From Psychrobacter cryohalolentis K5 (lineage in GTDB: Bacteria; Pseudomonadota; Gammaproteobacteria; Pseudomonadales; Moraxellaceae): a DNA stretch of 32,000 nucleotides. Below the pieces are notes generated by a model. The model was not told the origin of the DNA. It searched no databases and saw nothing but the letters and a program-made list of their open reading frames with translations. The position numbers and the translations under genes are program-made. The stretch lies in assembly GCF_000013905.1 (NCBI RefSeq), contig NC_007969.1, positions 360,001 to 392,000 on the forward strand, written 5' to 3'. Below, piece after piece: positions 1 through 8,731 of the stretch. Each line of letters starts with the position of its first letter. Position 1 is the first letter of the stretch.

Positions 1-56
1 TCAGTGTGACTATTTAATTATCTGTTTTTACGATTTATGAGGCACTGTCACCAGTC

Positions 57-1079
57 ATGAGTAAAGCCAATAGTCAGCCTTTATCTAATCTAAGCTATGC
101 CCCAACGATGACCTTTGCAATGGCGCAGCAGCGTGCAAAATTAATGAGTGTCATTCGTCAGTTTTTTGCTATGCGTCAAGTATTAGAAGTGCAGACGCCG
201 CTATTATCGCAAGCAGGCAATACCGATACCTTTTTGCAATCCGTAGCCGCACAGGTCACGTATCAAGACAAACCTTGTACTTATTATCTGCATACGTCAC
301 CTGAGTTTGCCATGAAGCGTTTGCTTGCCAGCTGGCAGGTGCCCATTTATCAAATCTGTCCGGTCTTTCGAGATAATGAGATCGGGGCGCGCCACAATAT
401 CGAATTCACCATGCTTGAATGGTATCAGCCAAATTATAGTCTGGATGGTCTGGCAGCAGAGCTTGGTGAATTATTAGAGATGGTCTATGGTCATCCGATA
501 ATCATGAGTCATTATCGCTACGTTGATGCTTTTATGGATTTTGTTGGTATTCACCCGCTGACCGCCAGTCTAGCAGCATTACAAGCCGTGGCAGAAGACA
601 AAGATCTGATAGGATTTGATTTTAATAGTGCAGAGAGCTGCGATAGCGAACAAGACCGTCGTCAAAGCTGGCTGGATTTACTATTTAGCCATGCTGTTGA
701 GCCAAATTTGGGTCACGATTTGCCGACATTGATTATTGAATATCCGCCTGCAACAGCTGCTTTAGCAAAAACCGCTATTGATAAAGAGGGGAATAAAGTC
801 GCCAAACGTTTTGAGCTGTATATCAAAGGAATCGAGATTGCCAACGCTTATGATGAGTTAGCAGACGGGCAGGCGTTAAGGGAACGGTTTGAACAGGACA
901 ACAAATTGAGAGGGCGTCATAACTTGCCACAAATGCCTATTGATGAGCACTTAATAGCAGCGTCTGATGATTTGATACCTTGTAGCGGGATTGCTGTCGG
1001 TTTAGATAGGCTGCTGATGGTATTGACAGATGCAACGAGCTTAGAAGAAGTTATCTCATTTCCTAGTGGTTCGGCTTAG
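57..1079 (+). CDS. epmA: EF-P lysine beta-lysyltransferase (PoxA/GenX, truncated class II LysRS paralogue)
   Basis: The 340-aa ORF carries class II aaRS-like motifs typical of GenX: YLHTSPEFAMKRLLA and FRDNEIGARHNIEFTMLEWY. It has no anticodon-binding domain. The size matches EpmA (about 325 aa). Confidence 0.9.
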   Translation: MSKANSQPLSNLSYAPTMTFAMAQQRAKLMSVIRQFFAMRQVLEVQTPLLSQAGNTDTFLQSVAAQVTYQDKPCTYYLHTSPEFAMKRLLASWQVPIYQICPVFRDNEIGARHNIEFTMLEWYQPNYSLDGLAAELGELLEMVYGHPIIMSHYRYVDAFMDFVGIHPLTASLAALQAVAEDKDLIGFDFNSAESCDSEQDRRQSWLDLLFSHAVEPNLGHDLPTLIIEYPPATAALAKTAIDKEGNKVAKRFELYIKGIEIANAYDELADGQALRERFEQDNKLRGRHNLPQMPIDEHLIAASDDLIPCSGIAVGLDRLLMVLTDATSLEEVISFPSGSA

Positions 1080-1131
1080 TCGCTCTTTGATAGATTCAAC
1101 ATAGTCGCCACTTATTTAACAAGACTATTAG

Positions 1132-1169
1132 AAAAAAGCGAGTAAGCCTTTTGACTTACTCGCTTTTTT
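1132..1169. terminator. Bidirectional rho-independent terminator between epmA and the convergent SDR gene
   Basis: A 9-bp stem GCGAGTAAG (1138-1146) / CTTACTCGC (1155-1163) is flanked by A6 (1132-1137) and T6 (1164-1169). Confidence 0.75.
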
Positions 1170-1209
1170 GTCTGTCCTTTTATTTAGAACTAACTAGTAC
1201 GGGGCGCCA

Positions 1210-1848
1210 TTATAATTTTGCAATAGCCTCAGCAATGTTTGTCTCACCATTATGCATACTAAATACGGTGTTAATGCTATTGTCTGCATTAAGTACAGCC
1301 GCTAGCGTAGTTGCGACATCTTCGATTGAGTTCTCACCAGAATTATCATCATTGATGGTAATTTTTCCAGTAGCGGCTCGCTCTTTTAACGCTCCTGCTT
1401 GTACGATGGTGTAATCCAGACTGCTATTATGGATTAACCACTGATCAGCATAATGCTTGCAGATATAGTATTCTTTTAAATTTTCAATAGCTAAACTGTC
1501 CCATTTACTGGTGTCTAATGAAAAGACAGTACTTAGCATGATATAGCGCTTAATGCCTTTGTCATCTGCGGCTTGCATGGTTTTGACCGCCCCATGTAAA
1601 TCTACTTCTAAGACGTCTTTGCCGCCAGAACCGGCGACGAAATATACGGCATCGATATCTTGCTCAATTTGCTGTTGAATTGCATCCTTGTTTGCAGTGA
1701 TATCCAAATCTAATTGGCTATAATTATCGTCATTAAACAATCTTTCTTCCTGACGGGTGGTACCGATCACTTGGTGGTTATCTGCTAATAGTTGCTTAAC
1801 CAAATCAGTACCCACTCGACCACTTGCGCCAATTACTAAAATTTTCAT
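1210..1848 (-). CDS. NAD(P)H-binding atypical SDR / NmrA-like oxidoreductase
   Basis: The N-terminal Rossmann motif MKILVIGASGRVG is present. I moved the start to the ATG at 1846-1848, which has AGGA 6 nt upstream. The longer ORF to 1935 would run through the yaiI terminator hairpin. Confidence 0.8.
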   Translation of the reverse strand: MKILVIGASGRVGTDLVKQLLADNHQVIGTTRQEERLFNDDNYSQLDLDITANKDAIQQQIEQDIDAVYFVAGSGGKDVLEVDLHGAVKTMQAADDKGIKRYIMLSTVFSLDTSKWDSLAIENLKEYYICKHYADQWLIHNSSLDYTIVQAGALKERAATGKITINDDNSGENSIEDVATTLAAVLNADNSINTVFSMHNGETNIAEAIAKL

Positions 1849-1920
1849 AATCATTCCTGTTGTTATCTGCTTTATCGTAATTTTAAAACGTATTGTCTTA
1901 AACGTTGAATATAGCGTAAC

Positions 1921-1958
1921 AAGAAAAATCGGCACGCTTCGTTATGAAGCGTGCCGAT
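1921..1958 (-). terminator. Rho-independent terminator of the purK-yaiI transcript
   Basis: A 13-bp perfect stem pairs 1928-1940 with 1946-1958 around a 5-nt loop. On the minus strand it is followed by a T-run (A-run 1924-1928 on the plus strand). Confidence 0.7.
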
Positions 1959-2054
1959 TGCATAGTGTTTGGTTATAGAGTGTATACGGTTTGCAAGGAA
2001 GCAAAGCGCGTATAGTGGTTTTGAAATAATAGAGAGAACGTTATTTATAAAAGA

Positions 2055-2504
2055 TTAGCGTACCAATTTGTTTAGCCCATCGGCAAAGGCTTTTTTATCA
2101 CGATCGCCATAAGGTTTTTGTCCGCTCATCTCTTGCAGCTCAAGCACGCCAGTACCACGCATGGTGTCCATAAAATCACGCATATTGAGCTTTTGCTTAA
2201 TATTGTTTTTGTCATAGACCACACCGCGTGTTGTCAGTACCATGCCACCTTTGTCCAAAATGTCATTGGCCAAAGGGATGTCACTGGTAATCGCCAAATC
2301 ACCCGGCTGAATCTGCTCAACGATATAATCATCGGCTTTATCAAAGCCAGAGGGCACGACAGTCATCACCAGTAGAGGCGATTTACGCAGTTTGATTGGC
2401 TGATTGGCGACAAATATCGCCATCGTTTGTGTACGCTCAGCGGTCTTAATAATCAAGTCTTTGGCAATCAAAGGCACTGAATCTGCATCTACCCAAATCT
2501 GCAT
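2055..2504 (-). CDS. yaiI: UPF0178 / DUF188 family protein YaiI
   Basis: It aligns full-length by eye to E. coli YaiI: MQIWVDAD..., ...GDLAITSDIPLA..., ...MRDFMDTMRGTG.... The ATG overlaps the purK stop by 1 nt (TAATG on the minus strand). Confidence 0.85.
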   Translation of the reverse strand: MQIWVDADSVPLIAKDLIIKTAERTQTMAIFVANQPIKLRKSPLLVMTVVPSGFDKADDYIVEQIQPGDLAITSDIPLANDILDKGGMVLTTRGVVYDKNNIKQKLNMRDFMDTMRGTGVLELQEMSGQKPYGDRDKKAFADGLNKLVR

Positions 2505-3859
2505 TATTTCTTAGCCTTCTCTGCTTTAGAGTTGGTTGACTCAAAATTTTGTTGCTCATTATCATCATTTGCTAAGCTTTCTCTATTTTCAGCGTCAGCC
2601 TTTACTTTAGCAGTAATTAGATCATCTTCCGCTGTTATCGGGTTATTGATAGACGTTACCTTTTTATCAAGACCAACTTTATTAGGCAGTACGGCGACCA
2701 GCTTTGCCAATGCAGGCTCTAAGTCAGCTACATCATTGGGCATCAAGGTAATATGGGCAATTTTACGGTCATCGCGCTCCGCTTTATGATAGCTGTGATA
2801 ATGCACGCCGTCGATATTGAGCACTTCGCTGATATCAGGATATTGCCCCAAGACATTAATCATAATTGCTGGATAGACATTGTCAGTATCGCCTAGTGGC
2901 AGATTGACTACGGCACGAATATGATTCTCAAATTGGCTGGTGACAGCACCTTCAATACTCCAATGACCAGAATTGTGCACGCGTGGCGCTATCTCGTTGG
3001 CAAGTAGAGTATCATTGCCGCGAGCGTCTTTGGTCACAAATAGCTCAAGCGCCATAACCCCAACATAGCCCAAATGATTCATGACGTTGGTAATAGCATC
3101 AGTTGCTTGTTTGAATAAATGACTGGTACCAATAGCTGGTGCTTGGGTTTTGGCCAAGATACCCTGATGATGATGGTTTTCGACCAAATCATAACAGCGT
3201 ACCTGACCGTTTTGACCTCGTGCGGCGATGATAGAAAGCTCCCGACTAAAGTGAATAAAACCTTCAGCAATCAATGGCGCTGGCGTTTGCGTCAGTGAGC
3301 CTGTACCCGTAACTGCATCCTTTAGCTCTTGCCAAGCGGCTTTGATATCACTGTCTTGTCTGATCACAAACTGACCTTTGCCATCATAACCGCCGCGACT
3401 GGTTTTAAGTACGATAGGTAATCCAAGCTTATGACAAGCTTGCTGTAATTCCGCCTCTGAACTAACAGACACGAAAGGTACGGTTGCGATATCAAGCGTA
3501 TTAAACATCTGCTTTTCTTTTAAGCGATCTTGCGCAATATCTAGGGCAATCGTTGGCGGAAACATGCCTTGTTTGCTGCCAGATTTTGATAGATTTGCTA
3601 GTTGCTGAACGGTAGCAGTTGGGGTATTTTCAAACTCCAAAGTGAAGACGTCAGCTGCTTCAATAAAAGCATCTAATTGCTCGCTGCTAAAAACGCGCCC
3701 ATATAGACTGGCCGGACAGTCAGCGCTGTCTTCCAAAAACACACAGTGATAGCCCAATGGCATAGCCGCTTGTGCCAGCATCATGCCAAGCTGACCACCG
3801 CCTAAAATACCAATGGTGCGGATAGTTTGAGTAACAGGGTAAGCGTTCGCTATGGTCAT
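2504..3859 (-). CDS. purK: 5-(carboxyamino)imidazole ribonucleotide synthase (N5-CAIR synthetase) with a charged C-terminal extension of about 55 aa
   Basis: It has the GILGGGQLGMMLA N-terminus and the ATP-grasp core (LKTSRGGYDGKGQ, ELFV...LLANEIAPRVHNSGHW). At 451 aa it is longer than the roughly 355-390 aa typical of PurK. Confidence 0.92.
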   Translation of the reverse strand: MTIANAYPVTQTIRTIGILGGGQLGMMLAQAAMPLGYHCVFLEDSADCPASLYGRVFSSEQLDAFIEAADVFTLEFENTPTATVQQLANLSKSGSKQGMFPPTIALDIAQDRLKEKQMFNTLDIATVPFVSVSSEAELQQACHKLGLPIVLKTSRGGYDGKGQFVIRQDSDIKAAWQELKDAVTGTGSLTQTPAPLIAEGFIHFSRELSIIAARGQNGQVRCYDLVENHHHQGILAKTQAPAIGTSHLFKQATDAITNVMNHLGYVGVMALELFVTKDARGNDTLLANEIAPRVHNSGHWSIEGAVTSQFENHIRAVVNLPLGDTDNVYPAIMINVLGQYPDISEVLNIDGVHYHSYHKAERDDRKIAHITLMPNDVADLEPALAKLVAVLPNKVGLDKKVTSINNPITAEDDLITAKVKADAENRESLANDDNEQQNFESTNSKAEKAKK

Positions 3860-3967
3860 GGCAGGCTCTTTGATTCAAATAAACAAGGGGTTAAATGCTT
3901 CAATATATAAAAATATAAATGCATATGGCTATAAAGGCTATAAAAGTCTAACGAGTTAAAATAGGAA

Positions 3968-3988
3968 AAGGTGCATTGTATGCACCTT
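3968..3988 (-). terminator. Possible weak terminator/attenuator hairpin in the purE-purK spacer
   Basis: A 9-bp stem AAGGTGCAT / ATGCACCTT encloses a 3-nt loop. On the minus strand only a short TTTTCC tract follows. Confidence 0.3.
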
Positions 3989-4100
3989 GTATTTAGTAAA
4001 ACTTATCTAAAAATAAATATCAAGTAAACCCGCTTATATTTAAAATTAACGATAAAAATGGTAAATATAATAATTATTTACCATTCACTTAAGCTAAATA

Positions 4101-4661
4101 CTAAGGATTGATAATACCGGGTGTTGGACTGGCAAGGATAGTATTGGTTTGGGTATTACGCAGATGGTCAAGTTTAGTAGCAATCGACTCATCATGCAAG
4201 GCAAGCACTTGAATAGCAAGCAGCGCAGCATTATAAGCGCCAGCGGATCCAATAGCTAATGTGCCAACTGCAACGCCTTTGGGCATCTGAACGATAGATA
4301 GTAAGCTGTCCCAACCACTCAGCATAGAGGATTTTACAGGGACACCAAAGACAGGTAGCGGCGTTTGACTGGCACACATACCGGGCAGATGAGCTGCTCC
4401 GCCAGCGCCAGCGATAATCACTTGCAAGCCGTTGCCTTTTGCGCTTTTAGCATAATCGAATAATCTGTCAGGCGTACGATGTGCTGAAACCACTTCACAT
4501 TCAAAGGCGATATCAAAGTCTGCAAGCAATTGTGCTGCTGCGCTCATGGTTGCCCAATCAGACTGCGAACCCATGATAATGCCAACTTTTGGTTGACCAA
4601 CAGGGGAGGTGATAGGTGCGTTCTGATCAGTAGCGTTAATCGTCGCTGAGATAATGCTCAT
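4101..4661 (-). CDS. purE: N5-carboxyaminoimidazole ribonucleotide mutase
   Basis: Class I PurE signatures are present: [28 protein letters not shown]. Confidence 0.95.
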   Translation of the reverse strand: MSIISATINATDQNAPITSPVGQPKVGIIMGSQSDWATMSAAAQLLADFDIAFECEVVSAHRTPDRLFDYAKSAKGNGLQVIIAGAGGAAHLPGMCASQTPLPVFGVPVKSSMLSGWDSLLSIVQMPKGVAVGTLAIGSAGAYNAALLAIQVLALHDESIATKLDHLRNTQTNTILASPTPGIINP

Positions 4662-4791
4662 GCTTTGATATCCTCAAAAAGACCATCATACAAAAATTTT
4701 GCTGTATTCGTAAAGCCAAGTTTGTGCTTTAATGCCAAATCACGCGTATAAAACATCATACATCTCAAAGATAGCCAAGTATGCGAGCCTC

Positions 4792-5736
4792 TTAATCATG
4801 ATGATATTGGATAAAACGACTGGTCTTCAACGGTAAAGGCTGCTCACTATCGAGCTGATAACAGGTCAGATAACCGCTATCGACGGCTGCCGAATAATCG
4901 GTACAGACAACTTGCGGACTAAGCGGTTCAGGCTCGCCCGTTAGCCAATAATGTCCGACAAAGACAGGTTTGTGAGTTTTCAGAGTGAAATCAATATTTT
5001 CAGCCAATACATCTTTAGGAATTTGTGCCAATGCCGATAAAGGTGCACGCGCTACTTCATAAAGACTGCGTGTATTCAACTTATCAAGCCACCAGCGTAC
5101 TCGTACGCGCGTGCGCTTGGCGCCTTCTTTATCGACCATCACTAAGCCTTTAGGCAGCGGCGTTTCAACGCCTTTTAATACGCGCTCTAATGCATCAAAT
5201 TCTACAGTACCTTCTCTAGAAGTGGCAATAAGCCCATGGGTTGTCAGGCAATTATTCTCTGTCAATAACGGCTGCAATATTTCCATACTATCGAAATCCC
5301 AACAAGCATGTACAAAGCAGGCATAGTCGGTTTCAAGCCACAAAGGAATCTCACACAAGCGTCGTAGCCAATATTGATGTGTCTCTGAACCAAAGGGTAC
5401 TTCTGCTAAAAACGCCTCATGCTGGCGGGTATGTATCTTATTATGTGAGCGCAGATATTGACTGCTATTATCAGGATCGAGGGTGGCAAAGGCGAGAGCA
5501 TTATATTCATGATTGCCCATCACCGCATCAGCGACATCGGCATCGAGCATAGCAAAAACGATTTCTAACGTCGCTACCTGCTGTGAGCCGCGATCAATCA
5601 AATCCCCAATAAATAGCGCACGATGACCAAATGGCGGTACAAAGTACTGACCATTATGCACATAACCCAGTTGCTGTAACAATCCAACCAGCTTGTCTGC
5701 ATAGCCGTGAATATCGCCGATAACATCTATAATCAT
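4792..5736 (-). CDS. Metallophosphoesterase (PPP-family Ser/Thr phosphatase / ApaH-like)
   Basis: The PPP metal-binding motifs occur in order: GDIHG, GDLIDRG, GNHE. Confidence 0.85.
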   Translation of the reverse strand: MIIDVIGDIHGYADKLVGLLQQLGYVHNGQYFVPPFGHRALFIGDLIDRGSQQVATLEIVFAMLDADVADAVMGNHEYNALAFATLDPDNSSQYLRSHNKIHTRQHEAFLAEVPFGSETHQYWLRRLCEIPLWLETDYACFVHACWDFDSMEILQPLLTENNCLTTHGLIATSREGTVEFDALERVLKGVETPLPKGLVMVDKEGAKRTRVRVRWWLDKLNTRSLYEVARAPLSALAQIPKDVLAENIDFTLKTHKPVFVGHYWLTGEPEPLSPQVVCTDYSAAVDSGYLTCYQLDSEQPLPLKTSRFIQYHHD

Positions 5737-5851
5737 AATAAAGTTTCAAATCTTAAATATAAAAGGGCGTAAAAAGTGGTTTTGTGAAAATAATACTCAC
5801 TGTTATTCGTTTTTTTCTTGGTTCGTTACTGTTATTTTCAGTCATGTATTT

Positions 5852-6544
5852 TTAAAACCCCGGCGACAACAGCGCATTTAGAAAATGCGGCAGGACTTGT
5901 GGCTCTAAAATGATGGTGGCTATCACCCCAAATGCGCCGCCCCACATATGGGCCATATGATTGATGTTTGAGCCGCCGCGTTTATCAGAATAGATACTGT
6001 AAGCGACATAGGCCACTGCAAATAAGATAGCGGGAATAGGAATGATCGCAAACAGATAGATTTTTTCCCAAGGAGCAAGCAATATAAACGCAAACAATAC
6101 AGCAGAGACACCGCCTGATGCGCCAAGGCTTAAATAGCTGGCACTTTGCTTGTGCTTAATATAACTTGGAATCATCGCAACAATAATAGCCAGTACATAG
6201 AAAAGCAGAAAGCCATAACCGAACAAAAACTTTTGGTATAAGCCCTCAATAGCACGACCAAAAAAGTATAAAGTGAACATATTAAAGAGCAAGTGCATGC
6301 TGTCAGCATGGATAAATCCATGAGTCACAAAGCGATCCCATTGACCATTGTTCACTGCTGGGGGATAAAAAATCAGTCGATTAAACACTGCTTTGTTTTG
6401 CCACGCCAATAGACTGACAATAACCGTAATAATAATGATAAGCGTCGTCTGGTTAAACAAAGGATAGTCCTTAGGTTGAGTCTGATAGATAGCAGTGATA
6501 AGTAAGGCAATACTTATAACATAGGTTGTGTTGGTTATTGTCAT
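5852..6544 (-). CDS. Rhomboid-family intramembrane serine protease
   Basis: The protein is multi-TM and carries HxxxN (HLLFNM), the catalytic GASGG serine motif and a downstream His (HMWGGAFG). Confidence 0.85.
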   Translation of the reverse strand: MTITNTTYVISIALLITAIYQTQPKDYPLFNQTTLIIIITVIVSLLAWQNKAVFNRLIFYPPAVNNGQWDRFVTHGFIHADSMHLLFNMFTLYFFGRAIEGLYQKFLFGYGFLLFYVLAIIVAMIPSYIKHKQSASYLSLGASGGVSAVLFAFILLAPWEKIYLFAIIPIPAILFAVAYVAYSIYSDKRGGSNINHMAHMWGGAFGVIATIILEPQVLPHFLNALLSPGF

Positions 6545-6780
6545 CCAAATATGAATAATAAACAGTTACGTATTCATCTTAATAATAGTAGCAGCGATTA
6601 TCATGCAAAAACCAATATGGGACAAAATTGTGCTTTAATGCTTGTTTATATTGAATAATATAACATCGTACGAGTGACAGTGAGTAATGCTTCGTATACT
6701 GACAGTAACGACTGATGCTATGACCAATCAAAATATATTGACTATATATGTAACATTAACGCTGACAGAGGCAGTAACTT

Positions 6781-8298
6781 ATGAGTATCATCGATCAACT
6801 AGAGCAAACGGTGACCCCAGCTATATTGGGTAACAATGGTAGCGTCTCCCATGTCAGCTTATTGGAACAATTTTATGCGATTTTGGCATCGCGTTTGGCA
6901 TTGCCACATATCTACTCACAGTTATTGCGTGACGATGCCATCGTTACCAATGGCAATGTCGCACAACCACCGTTATTTGAGCAACTTTGGCAAACCGCAA
7001 GCTTACGTCGGTTGATGATTCAAGAGCTGGCATCGACCCATCATATTGATGAGTTTACGACGATGCAGCTGCTGATAAATGCCGCGCCACTGGCCTATCA
7101 AGAGTTAAAAATACTGGCTAATGGACAATTTTTGCCAGCCTTTTTGCAAGGTGAACAAGCCTCATTGCGCCCTTATTTGCCGATATGGTCCGCACCTATC
7201 ATTGGCGCACCGCAGCATACTGATGATGAGCTGTTTCAGAGCCAGAGAGTATTGGCAGGGACTGTGATACCAGCTATTGCTTTAAATAACTACAAGCCCG
7301 CCGCTGTCGATATTATCGCTTCACCGAGTTTCACAGCAGAATCGCCGATACCAACTTTAGATGAGCGTCTCAGCACTGATTCGATTCATGTCAGTCCAGC
7401 AGAGCATCATTTGGCAGAAAATAGCAGCCTACGCCGAGAAAAAACACGTACCCGTAATCAACGCAATGATATGTTGCTATGGACATTTGTATTACTAGGG
7501 GCAGTGACCGCTATTGGACTTGTGTGGGCATTATTAGTCAAGCCAAATGACACGCCGCCAGTAGAAGCTGCGGTGACAACGCCAGTTGTCGTGTCGCCTG
7601 TGATTGAACCGCCAGTACAAGTGGTAACGCCAATTGAGCTCATAGTTGGGGTGGATAACAATGGCAGTCTTTATACTTGTAGTGGGTCAGTGGGCGATGT
7701 CGCGCTACAAAGCCTATTACAACAGGCGCTCAATACCAGCTTTGGTGAGCAGGCAGGGATGTGTCAGTTAACTGTCAAAGAAGGCGTTGCAAGCAGCGTT
7801 GCCAATATGCCAATAGAGATATTACCTAATGTGCTTACATTATTGAGAGCAGCGCCGTTTGCGCGCTTACAATTACAGAATGATCGCATCACGGTAGAGG
7901 CGCCAGATGCTATGCAGCTACAGCGCTTAATGACAGATATGCGTACATTGCTACCATCGATGATGATTGAGAGTACTGCGCCACTACCACTACCTAGCAA
8001 CCCTAATGATATGAATAATGGTATCGTGGAGCAACAAGGTATGGCGACTAATAATTTTAATAATCAATTTGAGAATGCGCCTGCCAATAACAATGCTAAC
8101 AACAGCGCTAATAATGTGGAATATCAAGCACCAGACGATGAGACCAACGATAGTGTGATGCCAGCGCCTGTCAGAAATAATAATACTAATAATTTTAATA
8201 GCGTGCCTTCAGGTTCAAATGGCTCTATCTCTTTATCTGAAGTTGATGACATGGCAAACAATGTTATTGTGGTTGAACCTGCTCAAGTCAGAAGATAA
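6781..8298 (+). CDS. Single-pass membrane protein of unknown function; paralogue of the downstream OmpA-type protein, with an Asn-rich C-terminal tail
   Basis: Its N-terminal domain, TM helix and middle domain align with ORF 8732-10333 (for example LLEQFYAILASRLA vs LLEQFYAIFAARLA, AAPLAYQELK vs AAPLAYHEIK). AGAGG lies about 10 nt upstream of the ATG. Confidence 0.75.
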   Translation: MSIIDQLEQTVTPAILGNNGSVSHVSLLEQFYAILASRLALPHIYSQLLRDDAIVTNGNVAQPPLFEQLWQTASLRRLMIQELASTHHIDEFTTMQLLINAAPLAYQELKILANGQFLPAFLQGEQASLRPYLPIWSAPIIGAPQHTDDELFQSQRVLAGTVIPAIALNNYKPAAVDIIASPSFTAESPIPTLDERLSTDSIHVSPAEHHLAENSSLRREKTRTRNQRNDMLLWTFVLLGAVTAIGLVWALLVKPNDTPPVEAAVTTPVVVSPVIEPPVQVVTPIELIVGVDNNGSLYTCSGSVGDVALQSLLQQALNTSFGEQAGMCQLTVKEGVASSVANMPIEILPNVLTLLRAAPFARLQLQNDRITVEAPDAMQLQRLMTDMRTLLPSMMIESTAPLPLPSNPNDMNNGIVEQQGMATNNFNNQFENAPANNNANNSANNVEYQAPDDETNDSVMPAPVRNNNTNNFNSVPSGSNGSISLSEVDDMANNVIVVEPAQVRR

Positions 8299-8322
8299 GT
8301 CACTAACATTTTTAAAGACTAT

Positions 8323-8355
8323 AAAAGTGTCTTATATTCTATAAGGCACTTTTTT
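8323..8355 (+). terminator. Rho-independent terminator after 6781-8298
   Basis: A 13-bp stem (one G-T pair) pairs 8323-8335 with 8341-8353 around the loop ATTCT. The T-run ends at 8355. Confidence 0.7.
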
Positions 8356-8524
8356 GTTTCTACTAATAAGCAGTTTTTTAGGCAATATTTGATTGGCACT
8401 GTTTTAATATTGCAATTTAATGTTGAGCTGAATATAGATTCGCAATTTTTACTTTATAGGCATCATAGTTACGAGTAACAACTGAAATATTACTTATTGT
8501 AGCATTTGCACAACAGCGCGTTGA

Positions 8525-8554
8525 TTGTGAACGCCTTCTTAATACTTTTATAAT
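8525..8554 (+). promoter_or_regulatory. Candidate sigma70 promoter for the OmpA-type gene
   Basis: TTGTGA (8525-8530) is followed by an 18-nt spacer and a perfect TATAAT (8549-8554). This is a motif match only. Confidence 0.3.
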
Positions 8555-8731
8555 GACGAAAGCTGAATCTGGTCATTGCCCACTTTATAGCGTGGCTAGG
8601 TGTTATTTCAGACGATTAAATTTTAGATTACTACTGTTATAGATTAGCACTGACATAACGCGCTTTTTTTTGAGCGCGTAAACGATATAAAACAAGTCAC
8701 ATAAAATAATGATGAATTGAGGAAGGATGCT

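Noticed and set aside
1849-1935. A 29-codon N-terminal extension of the SDR ORF.
   Set aside because: The Rossmann motif starts immediately after the internal ATG at 1848, which has a properly spaced AGGA. The extension overlaps the strong yaiI terminator hairpin.
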